Source: Lama guanicoe (taxonomy: Eukaryota). From it: a stretch of DNA of 64,000 nucleotides. The stretch covers positions 7,541,214 to 7,605,213 of the forward strand of contig MU056000.1 of assembly GCA_013239625.1 (NCBI GenBank). Direction: 5' to 3'. Below are positions 25,057 to 38,130 of this stretch, one piece after another; the first letter of the stretch is position 1, and every line of letters starts with the position of its first letter. Below the pieces are notes generated by a model that was not told the origin of the DNA, did no database searches, and saw nothing but the letters and a program-made list of their open reading frames with translations. The position numbers and the translations under genes were made by a program.

Positions 25057-25084
25057 TGATGGTGAAAATCTCCGTCTAGTAGAC

Positions 25085-25500
25085 TGCTCCTATGTGCCAG
25101 ATACTGTGCCAGGAACTCATCTTTTTACTCAAATGCTTATTAAGTGCCAAGCACCATTCAAAGTGTTGTGGATAAAGTCCATGAATTCTCAGCCCTCACT
25201 GAGCTTACGGTCCAGGAGGAAAACAGAAAATAAATGAAGGAAATCAACAAAATATACAGGGCCTATCTCAGCTCTTCTCTACTCAGAAGGAGAGGTTGAG
25301 GCCAGAGTGGAGAGAATGTTCTCATAAAGACATTGGCTTTTACCTGGCAGGAGATGGGAAGGCACTGGAGGGGGGTTTTGGGACAGAGGAATGATAGAAC
25401 CTGATTTATATTTTCACCAGATCACGACAACGCTCCAAGGCAGTAATTCAGGCTCAAGAAATAGGATAATGTCCTGATGGTCATACAGAGCGAAGGTGGT
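25085..25500 (-). mobile_element. L2 fragments
   Basis: ctcctatgtgccagatactgtgccagg; ttggcttttacctggcaggagatgggaaggcactggagg. Confidence 0.6.
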
Positions 25501-25854
25501 AGAGCCAAAGATTTGCCCCCAGGTGCCGTTGCTCTGAAGTCCTTGCTCAGTCTACTAGGGGTATTTCCTTCTAAATATATTAATTGCAACACTTTTATTC
25601 TATGTGCCTTTTTTATGCCTCCTTTATGCCTACACATTTCTGCTTGATGGAGAGTTAAGCTGTGTTGTGTCTGTTTTCTTTCACTCATTCCAAAAATATT
25701 TATTTACTCCCTGCTGTGTGCATGGCACCGTATAAATTCTACTGCAGGAAATAAAAGAGGTGGAAGACAAGGTCCATACTCCTGAAAAGTTTACAGACAA
25801 GCTCTAAAGAGAAGACAGGTTTGTATTTATTTAAATCCAATGATTTTTACTTTT

Positions 25855-25990
25855 NNNNNNNNNNNNNNNNNNNNNNNNNNNNNNNNNNNNNNNNNNNNNN
25901 NNNNNNNNNNNNNNNNNNNNNNNNNNNNNNNNNNNNNNNNNNNNNNNNNNNNNNNNNNNNNNNNNNNNNNNNNNNNNNNNNNNNNNNNNN
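25855..25990. other. Assembly gap (136 N)
   Basis: Run of N bases in the sequence. Confidence 1.
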
Positions 25991-28900
25991 AATGATTTTA
26001 CTTTTTGGGGGGGGTCTTATTTTATTTACTCACCTAAAATAACACTGCTATTTCCTTTTAAAGAACAGCCCATCTGAGAACTGGAAGCAGACAAAATATG
26101 GGGTTCCCTCTTCGATTTTATAGATTTTTGTCTTCCAGCTTGACTGTTCAGTTAGTACATTAAAGGATGACTCCTTCCCTCTCCAACCCTAAGCCTTGCA
26201 AACCCGGTCTGTGATCAGAAGACCCAGCTGTGCACTTGCTATTTGTCGCCTCATTGCCAGGAATAAAGACTCAGCAGTGATCCCTGCTCAACTGGCAATG
26301 CTGCCAGTGACACCTGAAGCCAAGTAAAACCCAGCTCTGGGCTACAAAAACATGAGCAATATTGGTGTCAGTTTCTGAAATTTATTCCGAAATAACACTT
26401 ATCTGTTATATGAACTAGTTGAAAATTTCCACCCAGAATAAAATACTGGAAACATGCAGAATTTAGCCTGCCACATAGTTTGCACCAATTATGAAAAAAT
26501 TAGAACTCTTTTTTATTGGTAGTAGTTGAATTTAACTATGGATCTACCAAAAAGTATACAAGCATAAGAATCTAGTTTTTTTCAATTCTCATATCACTTT
26601 GTCACTAAAAATATATTTTTACTGTCAATTCCCATTTAGATTCAATTTTGTGTGTGTGCAAAGTGTGTATTCAAAGGAAAGTAGTATAGTAGATTGTGCT
26701 ACTAGAAGGATGGAGGGTTCGATGGGTAGTCTATTTACTACAACATCTCTTCCAATGAGAAGAGCCCCAGTTCTACCCCAAACCATCACCCACTTTCAGA
26801 TTTCCTATTACCTCTGTATGTGTGTGTCAGTGGCAAAATAGTAGTGATAGAAGAAACAACAGAGCAGAACTAAATGCAGGGAAAATACCATTTTCCCCAT
26901 CGCACCACCTTTGAAGTCAAGGTGTTTCTTACATTTGATGTATCTTAGATTTGAGGAAATGTAGTTACCAGTTGCTGGCATGCAAGAGTCTTAATGCCGG
27001 CCAGTTGGTTGAATGCATTCATGTCTGTTTCAGCTTGGAATCCCTGCCATCCCAGTAGAGTGTCTAACACACTCATAGCAGGCTCTCAAGTGTTTATTAC
27101 TGAAGACAAATACTGAAGAAATAACACTGAAGAATTCTGGAAGACCAGGAAATTTAGAGAACACTGGTAGCTAATTTAATCAGTGACAGTGGAGGGCCCC
27201 TTTCAAGATTAGATTGCCCCATCCAAATTCTTATTTATCAAATATGGTCTTCCATGCACTGTCTGTGGCCTCTGCATTGAGCAGTGCAGAATCAAAGGTA
27301 TCCATGAAAGTGTTCCCAAGTCCCCTGCACTCTGAAAGTCTTGCAGTTACTCCCTTTGAGCTTTTGAAAGACCCCAAGTATGATGACCCCTGAGAAACCA
27401 GCTGGTTTCCAGGACCACTGACAGTGAGAAGATACCTTGGATTCTATCAAACCTAAGCATGGCATGGAGATGACTCCTAGGGGTCTTCAGGTTGTTGCCT
27501 CCCCAAAATATCTTTTGAGTGCCTCTCATGTGCACCAGGGATGCAGTGGTGAGCAAGGCAGATGCGGTCTCTGATCCAATGGAACTGATGTTCTAGACTG
27601 CTGGCATTAGTGTGTGTAAAAGTGTTAGTGCAATGGCCGGCATTCAGTAGGTGTGCCATGAGTGTTAGTGTCCTGTCTTTCCTGATAGAGTTCACCTGCT
27701 AGAAAGGGCAGTGAAGCCCTGCATCTGCCCATCCACACTCTCAACTAGCTCTTCATCCCCTGGTATTGTTTTCTTGCAGCAAAACTTCTGCCTTGGTGAA
27801 CTAGAAAAAGACATGTGGTTGCTACGAATGGGAGACTAGCTTGAGGAAGCCACAGCAGACGTCCGTGTGTGTTAGAGTCTAGGAAAGTGTTCCCAATCCT
27901 TTAAGAAAATCATTACTTGGCTCAGTGCAAGCTAATTGCATTTGTTCAGTCATTGTGAAAATGGATGCAGATGGGATGCAGAAGCTAAGAAATACCCCAC
28001 TGTTAAATCACAAATAAAGCCACTTGCTCAGGGGACACTGTTGCCCGAGATGAGGTTTTCACCAAGAAGTGGGAAATTGCTCAGTAAATTTCTCTTTTCT
28101 GCTTAAGTGACTCTTTTAATTAATTTTCACTGACCTACTCCTCCTTTCACACAAAAGGTGTGAACAGATAAAGCATTGGTCTTGTTGACAGTACCTTCCA
28201 AGGTCAAAGAGAAAAAGTGAGAGTGACAAAGTTGTTCTGGCTTCGGTCTGGGACAAAGCTTTGTTGGGATCTGCAGCTTTGATGATGAGTGTGGTGGAGA
28301 CAATCCTGTCCTATTATCTTCTTATTTCTATGTTGGTGTGATAAGAGCTTACTTTTTAAGTAAAATGCCATGTTGGGGTTAATGACCCCAAAAAATGAGA
28401 ATCAAATTTGAATGGGAAGAAGTGTACAGCATTATGATAAAAACATGTGCGAACTCTCTATTTAAGGGGGACAGGTTAAAACCCCAGCATAGATCTTCTA
28501 TCTCTTAAAGCCGTCCTTTCTATTGGTTTGATTAAATGATGCCATCTTGTTCTCTTTTCACTAGTAATTAAACACAAAGGTGTGGTGTCATTTTTGTAAT
28601 TTGCTTCCATGTGGTAGAAATTCTGATTGGTTTCAGAATTTGGGGACAGACATTAATCCTGATTATTAGAGGAGCAAATGTTCTAGAAAACTTGTTCACT
28701 AACCTTATCTCCTCTATGGAAACTTAACAGTGGCCTGAAGGAAAATGTCCTATTGAAGGTCTAAGATTATAGCCTCAAGTTGCCCAATCTCCAGGACACA
28801 CAAGCATATGGAGATTATTTGAGAAGGATGGGATTAATAGTAGGCAGCTGGGAAGGAATAATATTGAGAGTCAAATATCTGGGCCAAGAGCCCCCTGCCC

Positions 28901-29299
28901 AACCTGCCAGTTGGCTGGTCGACCAGTTGGTTAGTCAGCCACGTAGGTGAAGGGACTTGCTGGAGTTGCCACAGCCAGTCAGTGCAGTACCGTGTTAAGA
29001 ATCTAGGTCTCCCAAACTGGCCAGGGCTGTTTCCACCTTTAAGAGGGAACATTATACTCACTCCTCTTAGATATCCTGCAGGTCCTGGAATGAAAGAACC
29101 TTGGAAGTCTCGATAAATCTTACATTTGTTTGCAGGTCAGGTTTTATGAACTACATTCCATCTCTGGTGATTTGGTTTCCAGTTCCAAATAGAAAGTAAG
29201 GCAGATGTCAAGCTTCTCATGTTAGGACCAGGGGATCATGGGTTCTCACAGCTTCCTTAAGGCGCCAGGGCCTTCCATCAACAAAAAGAAGGCTCTTTG

Positions 29300-29890
29300 C
29301 TATGATTACAGAGAACGATAAACACGGCAGTGCAGATACTGCAGGCATCCTGTTTTCATTTCTTTTGGATACATACCCAGCAGCAGGATTTCCGACTCAT
29401 ATGGCAGCTCTATTTTTAATTTTTTGAGGGTAATATGGATGGTCCTAGAGGACATGGTGTTAGTGAAATAAATTAGACTGAGAAAGACAAATACTGTATG
29501 ATGTCACTTACATGTGGAATCTAAAAAAGCCAAACTCATAGAAACAGAATGGAATGGTGGTTACCAGGGGCTGGGGAATGGGAGAAATGGAGGGGATGCT
29601 GGTCAAAAAGTGCAGACTTCCGCTTAGAAGATGAGTGAGTTCTGGGGCTCTCATCCACAGCTGTGGTTACAGAAAGCAATGCTGTGCCACTGGCAATACC
29701 TGAAAGTTACTAAGAGAGTGGGTCTTAGACGTTCTCATCACAGGGGGAAAAAAGAAATGCCATGATGGAGACATTAGCTCCCACTGTGGGGGTCACCACA
29801 TTGCAGTATATAAACGTATCAAATCAACACATTGTATTCCTTAAACTTACACAATGTGTATGTCAATTATATCTCAATAAAGTTGGAAAA
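29300..29890 (+). mobile_element. L1MA/MB-type 3' end with an inverted 5' segment
   Basis: About 29300-29429 is antisense L1 (ttttggatacatacccagcagcaggatt...ttttttgagg). 29430-29890 is a sense 3' end finishing tgtcaattatatctcaataaagttggaaaaa. Confidence 0.8.
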
Positions 29891-29950
29891 AGACTTCATA
29901 ACAATTTATTGTAGTATCTGAAAGCACTGAGGCTAAGGCTCCTATGACTT

Positions 29951-30050
29951 GGGTAACTAACCATTCTAGTTTGCCTAGAATGAAGGAATTTCCCAGGAAA
30001 CTGGAACTTTCCAGTGCTAAAACTGGGAAAATTCTAGACATCCTGGAAGG
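29951..30050. mobile_element. hAT-Blackjack MITE (MER94-like)
   Basis: gggtaactaaccattctagtttgcc...actttccagtgctaaaactgggaaa matches the recalled MER94 consensus. Confidence 0.65.
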
Positions 30051-30101
30051 AGACGCCCAATGGATCTGTGTCAGGAAGGAACTCTATACATTGCAAAGCT
30101 G

Positions 30102-30103
<2 letters not shown>

Positions 30104-30136
<33 letters not shown>
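30104..30136. repeat. (CA)n microsatellite
   Basis: Pure AC dinucleotide run. Confidence 0.95.
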
Positions 30137-30139
<3 letters not shown>

Positions 30140-30207
30140 GATTCACAGGTCTGACCTTGGAATATTTGCCACTTTGTTAGCATCCTGGATCACAAAAAGA
30201 TAAAAAG

Positions 30208-30607
30208 CTTTCTTTTCCATGCCGATAGTGGTCATGCAAACATAGCAAACATTCCTAAAACCCGTTGGACTTTCTGCAGAAATGTGGCCAGCACCGACCC
30301 CACAGATCAGGATGGGCAAGGATTCTCTGTCTGCCCAGGAAAGCAGCATCATGACGGGAAGCAGAGTAGCTACCATGGGCAGACTAAGTTGATTTTCCAT
30401 AAAAAAGGCTAAAATTACAAAGAAGATGGTGCTGAGACTTGAATGAGGTGAGCCCAATTGCAGATCTAAGGGAATGCTGGCTAGTAAGAGGTGCGAGCAT
30501 TTTGAACTGGGAAGAGCTAAGAAGAGAAAGGGCCAAGTGATCCCATTCTAAGCTGCATCTTTTCTTTTATGCTGAAGACAACAAAAGCTTGTGATTATGG
30601 TTTTTTT
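30208..30607 (+). pseudogene. RPL36A: Processed pseudogene of ribosomal protein L36a (eL42)
   Basis: Intronless. The former CDS 30242-30551 translates in pieces to IANIPKTRWTFC...GKDSL...[42 protein letters not shown], versus MVNVPKTRRTFC...[43 protein letters not shown]. Lesions are ATG>ATA, frameshifts and TGA at 30444. It keeps a 5'-TOP-like ctttcttttcc leader and has TSD AAAAGATAAAAAG (30195-30207, 30608-30620). Confidence 0.95.
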
Positions 30608-33600
30608 AAAAGATAAAAAGATTATAAAAAATATTTTGGCTAAAATCCAATTCGTTTGCATATATATAAATGTCTGTAATATAATTTGAAAATGATGATG
30701 GTTTTTGTCCTGTTGACCCCATGAGACGGGCAGCTTCCAAGTTTCTGAAGTGAAATGGAAATTTTGTCATTATTTATGCTTTTCAGTGTCTTTAACGATT
30801 CAGCAAAGGGCGATGACAGACTCCCCAGATCGCAGCACGCCTAAAAATTCTTTCTTCCCAAGCAGCAAAGACCATCTGTTTTTAAACTGTGAAGGAGCCG
30901 CTGACACTTTATTAAGCTGTTGCTTTACCTAAATTGCAGTTATCTAAAGTGACACTTCCCCTCCACTCCTGCTTCCCAAAGTGCAGAAACCAGAACTCCT
31001 CCTTATTTGGCAAATTGCGTGTGGCTGTTCCTCCACTTGATGAGTACACAGAGTCAATATTTTTGTTTCATTTTAAAGCATCACAGAGTGTGGCTGCATT
31101 TCTTGGATATTCGCTTTTTCTTCCTCTGTTTTGGGGTTTTTTTTTTTCACTTCTTTCCTGCTGTAAGAAGTGGATACACTGAAAATTCTATTTCTAGCAG
31201 GAGGAAGAAACCCATATTTGGAGGAAGACTCATTTACTGATTATTTTAAATCTTTTGTTGATCACACCTGATCATCTGTGGACTTACTGGTTGTTGCAAA
31301 TCTCAGAATGATACAGACCAAGAGAATCTAGATTTGATTACTTGCCTCTTCAGTAAAGAAAACTCCTTCCTGAAATTGCAGCTCCTTTCTCTTTTTTCTG
31401 GCTTTCTGTTTTCCCTGCAGATCAGTCTACTTCGATCGGGGCTGTGACTTTTATCAGCCTCTCGCCTACCCATGTGGATGAACATTTCACATGCAGTGAG
31501 AGTTGCTTTAAGCGTCACTGTGTGGCTGAGCCTCTAGATCTAAAAGGAACATCTGTTAGGAACAATTCTCAAAAGAATCATCAGATTCTAGAGTCGGAGT
31601 CTCAGTTTCATGTCTTTGGTACTTGTTCACGTGTTTTTATTTGACATCTTTTCTCAGTTTACTTTCAGCCGCTGCGTTCAGAAGAAAAATGAGAGGTGTC
31701 AAATAAAGCAGTGCGGGAGGAGCAGAGAAGATAAACACTCTGCGTCTCTAAAGAGTTGGAGACTTCCCTTCTCGACCCTGAGCTTCATTATTTCCTTTTC
31801 ATCTCTCTACTGGTCAAAGCCCACACTCACTGTGCTGGTGGTGGAGACCTTAACTGTGGTGGCGGTGGGGGATGCCACAGGTAAGACAATGAGCAGGAAG
31901 GACGTGGAGGCAGAGTTCTGGGGACCTGGGCATGTGCAGGGTGAGGCTAGGGGTCTGGGACCGAACCCAGGAAATCTCATGGAGCAGAGGACGCAGATTT
32001 CCAAGAGAAGGAGAGTGCTGTTGCACACAGAGTGCTTGGGGGTGTAGGAGTGCGGGTGAGCAAGATGCTGGAATTCAGTAGTACAAAGAGCATCAAGACT
32101 GTCCGCTGGAGGAACCAGGGGCCAGCAAAGCGAAGAGCCCCCAAACTACCCCAGCCAAGCCAGTGGACTTCTTACTGTTTGTTCCTAATCGTCATGAAGC
32201 CTGACTAACTCTTAAGTACAGTAGGTCAGATTTAGCTAGCAGCAAGCTTTACTTGTCTGCAATAGAATAGTCTACACACGCTTAGCACGTGGACGTGCAG
32301 AGAGACATGTGCAGAGCTTCCCAAACGTGTGAACCCCGGGGGATGTACTTTGCAGACTTAGGCTCCAGTGGCAAGAAGATTCTTCACATGTCCAGGTCCC
32401 CAGAACTCTGCGCCCATATCCTGTCCTCCTGGGCCTTTCTCTGGGAAGGAATAGGATTAAGAGATAGGAAGTGCAGGGGAGGAGGAGAGGAGGCAGCCCC
32501 CTACATTTCCTCTTTTGAGCCAAACTGCCAGACTTTCTGAAATGCTTCCAGCCAGGTTGTCCACAGGAGAAGGCACAGCAAGGGCTGAGAGGACATCCTT
32601 GTGCACAGCAAACCTCTTCTCTTGGCTTTGGCTGAAACTCCGTTCATCTGGACTGCTGTCCACTCAGAGACCTGCTAAATAACTATAATGGCGGGCAATA
32701 GGTTGGTATAAAAGTCTTCCTGACAAGGTGCAAATGATGGAGTCAGACCCATCCTGCTTTAATAAGGGAGAGGAAAATAAAGACGCTGCCCTGACAAAAA
32801 GGGGGAGAGGAGAAAAGCTAGAGATTCTAGGGGTCTCTGTTAAACTACAGGGATTTAACTGTTTTCTCTCGATCTGGACTGGTTTATCGAAGTTCAAGGC
32901 AAAGGTGACCTGGAAGGTCAGCTAGTTCGATACAGTCACTTCACAAGGGAGGAGCACTTGTCCCCAGAGGTTAACGTCCTGTCACGGGTCATCGAGCCGG
33001 TCGATAGGAGAAGTGGGTCTAGGACTAGGTCTCTGGATTTGCAATCCTGAGTTTTTTCATTGAAACAGGTTATTTCCAATGTCCACGAGGGCACAGTGAA
33101 AACTGTGGGGCATATTCCCTGCCAAAGCTCTGCGTAGAAGTAACTTAGCAGAGATGAGAGGGTGGAGGGTAATGAGCTGGGAACCTTAAACAAGGACTGG
33201 AGAGCAGCCTGGTCCTGTCTCCTATTTCTACCTCCTCCTGCACATCCTCCCCCAGGATCCTGCGTCTGCAGCTCCCCTGGGGGCTCAATGTGACCTTATC
33301 TGCAAACTTCCAAGTTTAGTTCTGGTCTAAATTTGATTATTTGGGAGATACTTATTATATTTGAATTTTTTTTAAAATTCTGATTTGCTGTGAACAATTG
33401 TATTCTGCTTTGTCTTCCCCACTCCTCTTTTTTCTGAGGTTCTTCTGTTAGGACCCATTTTTCAAATTCAGATGGAATCTGAGGGGTAGACTTTGACCGC
33501 TGACCTTCTCAAACTCAAACACAGGAAGGGGCCAGGGCTCATTTTGCAGTTTGCAGAATTTCACTGACTCTCTCAGATTTTAGCCTGGCTCTTGCTCAAG

Positions 33601-33909
33601 TCTGAGCTGGGATTTGCCAAGTCCGGAGCCCACCTATTTTCAATGTACGCACAGAGTTCTCTGCTAGGGAAAGAGCAAGGAACCGGTTCCAACCTTTCCT
33701 GACGCAGCCCTTCAGCCAGTTGTGTGTGGAATTCTACACGCACCCCTGCTCTCAGAGGTACCAGGTCTTTGCAGTGGGAATCAGTCTGCTTTCGGGTTTT
33801 GTCACTGTTAGCTTAGGGTTTAGCTTTCTCTGGGTTAAACATTAATTACTAGTATTTTATCACTGCACCCCCTCTCCCATTCCATCCGTCCTTTTGGGTT
33901 TCTGCCTCC

Positions 33910-33960
33910 TTTCCTTTCCTTTCCTTTCCTTTCCTTTCCTTTCCTTTCCTTTCCTTTTCT
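33910..33960. repeat. (TTTCC)n microsatellite
   Basis: Tandem pentanucleotide run. Confidence 0.95.
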
Positions 33961-34049
33961 TTTTACCACTATCACTTATGGGAAATTTTCAGGAAAGAGG
34001 ATGACAGATGTTTATATTCAAGGTACCACGTCTAACTAGAAACTCCCTT

Positions 34050-34780
34050 GAAAAAAATGCCTCGTTGCCTCTCTCTGTGCTACATGTTGGATAATTTGTT
34101 TAGATCTAGAGCTTTCAGCTGGCTAATTCTCACATCAGTTTTGTCTAATCTGCTATTTAACCTAATCACCGAGTTTTTAATTTTAACGGACCTATTTTTC
34201 TCCTCCACACGTCCAGTGTTAGCTGTTAGAAGGCCCTTCATCTCTCCCTCCCCCGTGTCGTCTTGCTCTTTCATTAGGATCATTTTCCTTGATGTTTCTG
34301 TTACTCCTTTTAACAGGCGTCCTTTACAGTCTCTTCATGACTTTGCTAGCCTCTCAAGCCTCTGAGTGGGCTACTTCTGTCTTCTTCCTTTCCTTCTGTG
34401 GTTGTGATCATTGAATGCCAGTATGGTGAACCGTTTCCTCTTCTGTTTTTAATTTTTGATAATGAGCTCATGTTTAGTGATTTCTTTCATTCTGCGGGAG
34501 GCCCTTGCGCCCCGAGTTAGAGAAGTGTCCCTAAAGAGGGTTTTTGCACCTGCTTCCACCGGGAACCACAGGGGTTCACTTGTTTGGGATATTTTGTTGT
34601 TATTTGTTGAGATCCCTGTATTCTTGGCATAGTGTAAGTTCAGAGTCCACATCTATGCTTTGTACAAAATTACTGTTTTGATTTCTCACTGGAAACTTTA
34701 ATATTGTTTTTCACCCAGATCCCCAGGCAGAGATCAGTCTCCTTGCCACTTTCTTGGGCCAGTAGGAAGATAGTTTTTTT
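34050..34780 (-). mobile_element. Old L1/HAL1 ORF1-region remnant
   Basis: ORF 34080-34283(-) contains VKIKNSVIRLNSRLDKTDVRISQLK, resembling the L1 ORF1p coiled coil (EIKNS.DGLNSRLD.AEERISELE). Confidence 0.65.
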
Positions 34781-35217
34781 TGCTGTTTCTGCTGGTTATT
34801 CAGCCCTGGATTCTCTGCTTTGACCACCTTCTTTCTACACACTAGTTTCTGATGCCAGGGCTGGGATTCTGCAAACCACAGTTCTCTTTTGCCATCTGGC
34901 TTTCTCTCAGCTTTTGCCAATAGGGGGCTCAGATTGAGAATGGGAGGCAGAAGGAGAGAGAAGAGACTTCCTGTTTGCTTACTATTCCTGAAGCATCACT
35001 TTGGCAACAGTTCATCATCCTAATGATGGCAGTGCCTCTTAATTTCTAGCTTCTTACACCACCAGGGTCAGCCTCACCCCTAGAAACACCAGTACCAGCT
35101 GGGTTGCACTCCTTCCTTAGAGCTCTGGGTCTTAGGTTTGCAAGTTCCCTCCTCCAAAGTTCTAGGTTCTAATAGCCCCACTCCTGAGCAAGAACATATG
35201 GCCCAGACCAATAACCA

Positions 35218-35750
35218 TGTGTTAAACGGCTTCTAAGGTGGCTCCCAAGCGTCCCTGTCTCCTGGTATTCATGCCCTTGTAGAATTCCCACCCCTTGAGC
35301 ATGAGCTGGACCTAATAAACAAATAGAATGTAGCAAAAATGGTGGGATGCTATCTGAGTTTGGTTACAGTAAGATTCTGGCTTCCATCTTTCCTACCCTC
35401 TCTCACTGTCTCGCTTGCTTCTTGTGATGGAAGCTTGTTGCCGTATCACGAGCTGCCCTAGAGGGTGACCCAGTGGGGCAGATCTGAGGGAGGTCAACAG
35501 TGAACTGAAGCCTTCAGGCCAGTGGCTCCTGAGGATCGGAATCCTGCCAACAGCCACACGAGTGAGCTTGGAAGCAAACCCACCCCCCGATGTTACCCTG
35601 ATTTCAGCCTGAGGAGGGACCCTGAGTCAGAGGGCTCGGCAAAGCCGCATCCAGTTGCCTGACCTGGAGAAGCTGTGAGAAAACGAGTGGGTGTTGTTTT
35701 AAGCTGAGAGGCTTTGGAGTGTTTTGTTACACAGCCATAGGTAATTCATC
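35218..35750 (+). mobile_element. MaLR LTR (MLT1F-like)
   Basis: ctaaggtggctccca...ctcctggtattcatgcccttgt...aatcctgccaacagccacacgagtgagcttggaagc...ttgttacacagccatagg. Confidence 0.8.
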
Positions 35751-37534
35751 CGGCTCCACTTCCGATAATAACAGTGACTTTTTGATGGAGGCAGAAGGCT
35801 TCCAAAGGTGCTGGGTTTATGTAGGCCTAGCAGATCTAGTTACCTCCAGCTCCCCAGGGTCTAAACCGCAACACCTCTCCCCACGTGGGCATTAAAGCCC
35901 TGGCCCCCGGCTGGTAGGGCCCTTGTCCAAACGTGCATCTTAAGACATCATCTCTCTGCATGAGCTCCCTGTTAGTTTCTGCCAGCACCAGAGAATTTCC
36001 CCTACGTTTGAACTTGACTATGTACCTTTTAAACAGTTTGTAATATTTGCCCAGGATTTCTCTGTATTTGAGGAAGAAATGGACATCCCCAGTCCTCTCT
36101 ACTGCCAGAAATCCAAAGTCAAGCGGAAGACTCTGGATATCCACACATAAAATCAGGAAATCTCTGTATTTTAATTTTCCGCATTTAAACAGATTGAGCT
36201 TTACCAGTTGCTAAAACACAAACTCTAGTTCATAATATGAATGGTCTCCCAGGATGAATGCCATTAGGGCAATCTGGTAGCTTAATTGCTTCCTCCCTGA
36301 TGACTTATGGCTTGGAACAGCTAGGAAAGTAGGGTATCAAAACAAATACTTGAAGGCCAAGGATAAAATATGTTAATAATTAGTAACAGCTAGAAGCAAA
36401 GTTAATTCTCAGTGGGCCCTTAATGCCAGCTATTTAATGCAAATTAACAAATGGCATTTTAATGTAAAGGACTTGAAAGCTAATATTCTAATTTTCTAAG
36501 TAAGGTCAATAATTCAACAAACAATAATGTTTGAAGGAAGGAATTTAGAATGAGAGCGATAACTTTATTTCAGAGATAAGTGAAATGCTACGTGAAGTTT
36601 ATATTTGTGGATCCCAAATTAGACCAAATTAGAGTTCTGTGCCACGTGCATTGGAAGGAAAGGCTCATAAAAGTGAAAAGTGCAAGCAATAGCTGATCAG
36701 AAAGTGGTAAAATTGGTCTTATAACACTAGATAATGAAGCCATCTTTTATTTCTTTGAAGGCTTATGAAGGATAATTCTGAATGAAAATGTTGCTGCTTT
36801 GAATTCTTCGATCTTGTGTTTTAGATGAAAGTTTAATAAATGAATAGTGAAACAGCATTCTGATTTCTGGTACCCAGTTGCTCTGGATGAATCATTTTGC
36901 CTTAAAGTATAAAAACACATCACTGTATTCAGACTGCAGCCTCACTGTGGCCAGGAGTGACATTATTTTTGTGACTAGTTTGTATAAGATGCCGAAAAAA
37001 ATACCACTCAAGGCCGAGAACCTCCGTGGGTGTAGTCCCTTGCAGTCAACAAACATATTCCTACATTTCCTCTCGTGACCCTTAAAACAAGCTTGTATGA
37101 TAGCTATTCTTAGCCTCATTTGACAGATGAGGGAATTAGTAAATGATGATTTGCCTGGGGTTGTACAACTTGCAAATGCAGAATTTCTCCCTGGACCCCC
37201 AGGTCATCACCATGTTCAGGGTGATGTCCGTTGTGCCCCCTCCCCACGCAGCTCCTTCAAATGTGTCTGCATTTTTACCTCTGTAATGGCTGGTAAAGCC
37301 AAGCAAGCAGCCTCTGTTATCATTCTGCAGTGTTTTAAAGCACGCTGGCCCCTCCAGCTGTCCTGTCCTAGCGTTTGTTTGCAGTGTTTTATTTTGAATT
37401 TGTTCTTTATCAGACAGAGTTCTAATGCAACTTTAATGATAGTGGACCGTAAACACCTTCTGTGGCAAGTTCTATACTCTTCTGAGCTGCGTGTAATTTT
37501 TTTCACCTCAACTGAAAAAAAGAAAAACTTTTCT

Positions 37535-38130
37535 TGCCGTATATCATAGTACAGTAAAATTCCACCCAATAAATGTTCAACAATGGAACACAGCCATGTA
37601 TTCAGGTTTTGAGCAAGGAACAAAAAGCTTCCAGCCCTCCAGAAACCCCTCATGTTTCCACTCACTCCCTCAAAGTTAATCACTCCCTCAGAAGTTAATC
37701 ACTGGGCTGACTTCTAATGGCATAAATGGGCTTTGCCTATTTTTATGCTTCTTCTGTATGAAATCTCTTGTGTTTCTAGCTCCTCTTCCTCAGGAGTATG
37801 TTTGGGAGCCTCATCCATGTTGTAGAATGCAGACGTAGGATGTTCATTCTCAATGCCGCATAATATTCCACCACATGGATTTTTATTATCTTCCTACAAT
37901 ATTATTATATATAAAATATTATAATAGAGTAGGCAACTAATATAATAGACAAATATTCTAGAATAGCTGTATTTATCCATTCTACAGTTGTTGGGCATTT
38001 GGGTGGTTTCCAGTTTGGGGCTATTACTAATAGTCTTCATCTAAACATTCTACAATTTTTTTTTGATGAACATAGGTACAAAGTTTCTGGGGGAGATATG
38101 ACCCAATATTTGAATCACATTTGATATTCT
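37535..38130 (-). mobile_element. Old L1 (L1MC/ME-like) 3' fragment
   Basis: tttatccattctacagttgttgggcatttgggtggtttccagtttggggctattac is antisense L1. Confidence 0.7.

Noticed and set aside
27099..27133. Three ACTGAAGA repeats with short spacers
   Set aside because: Too short and irregular, consistent with local micro-duplication.
30143..30457. 104-aa hydrophobic minus-strand ORF
   Set aside because: It is an antisense shadow of the RPL36A processed pseudogene.
37663..37703. Tandem duplication of cactccctca(g)aagttaat
   Set aside because: An ordinary slippage duplication inside an old L1. It is not CRISPR-like because it has two units and no spacers.
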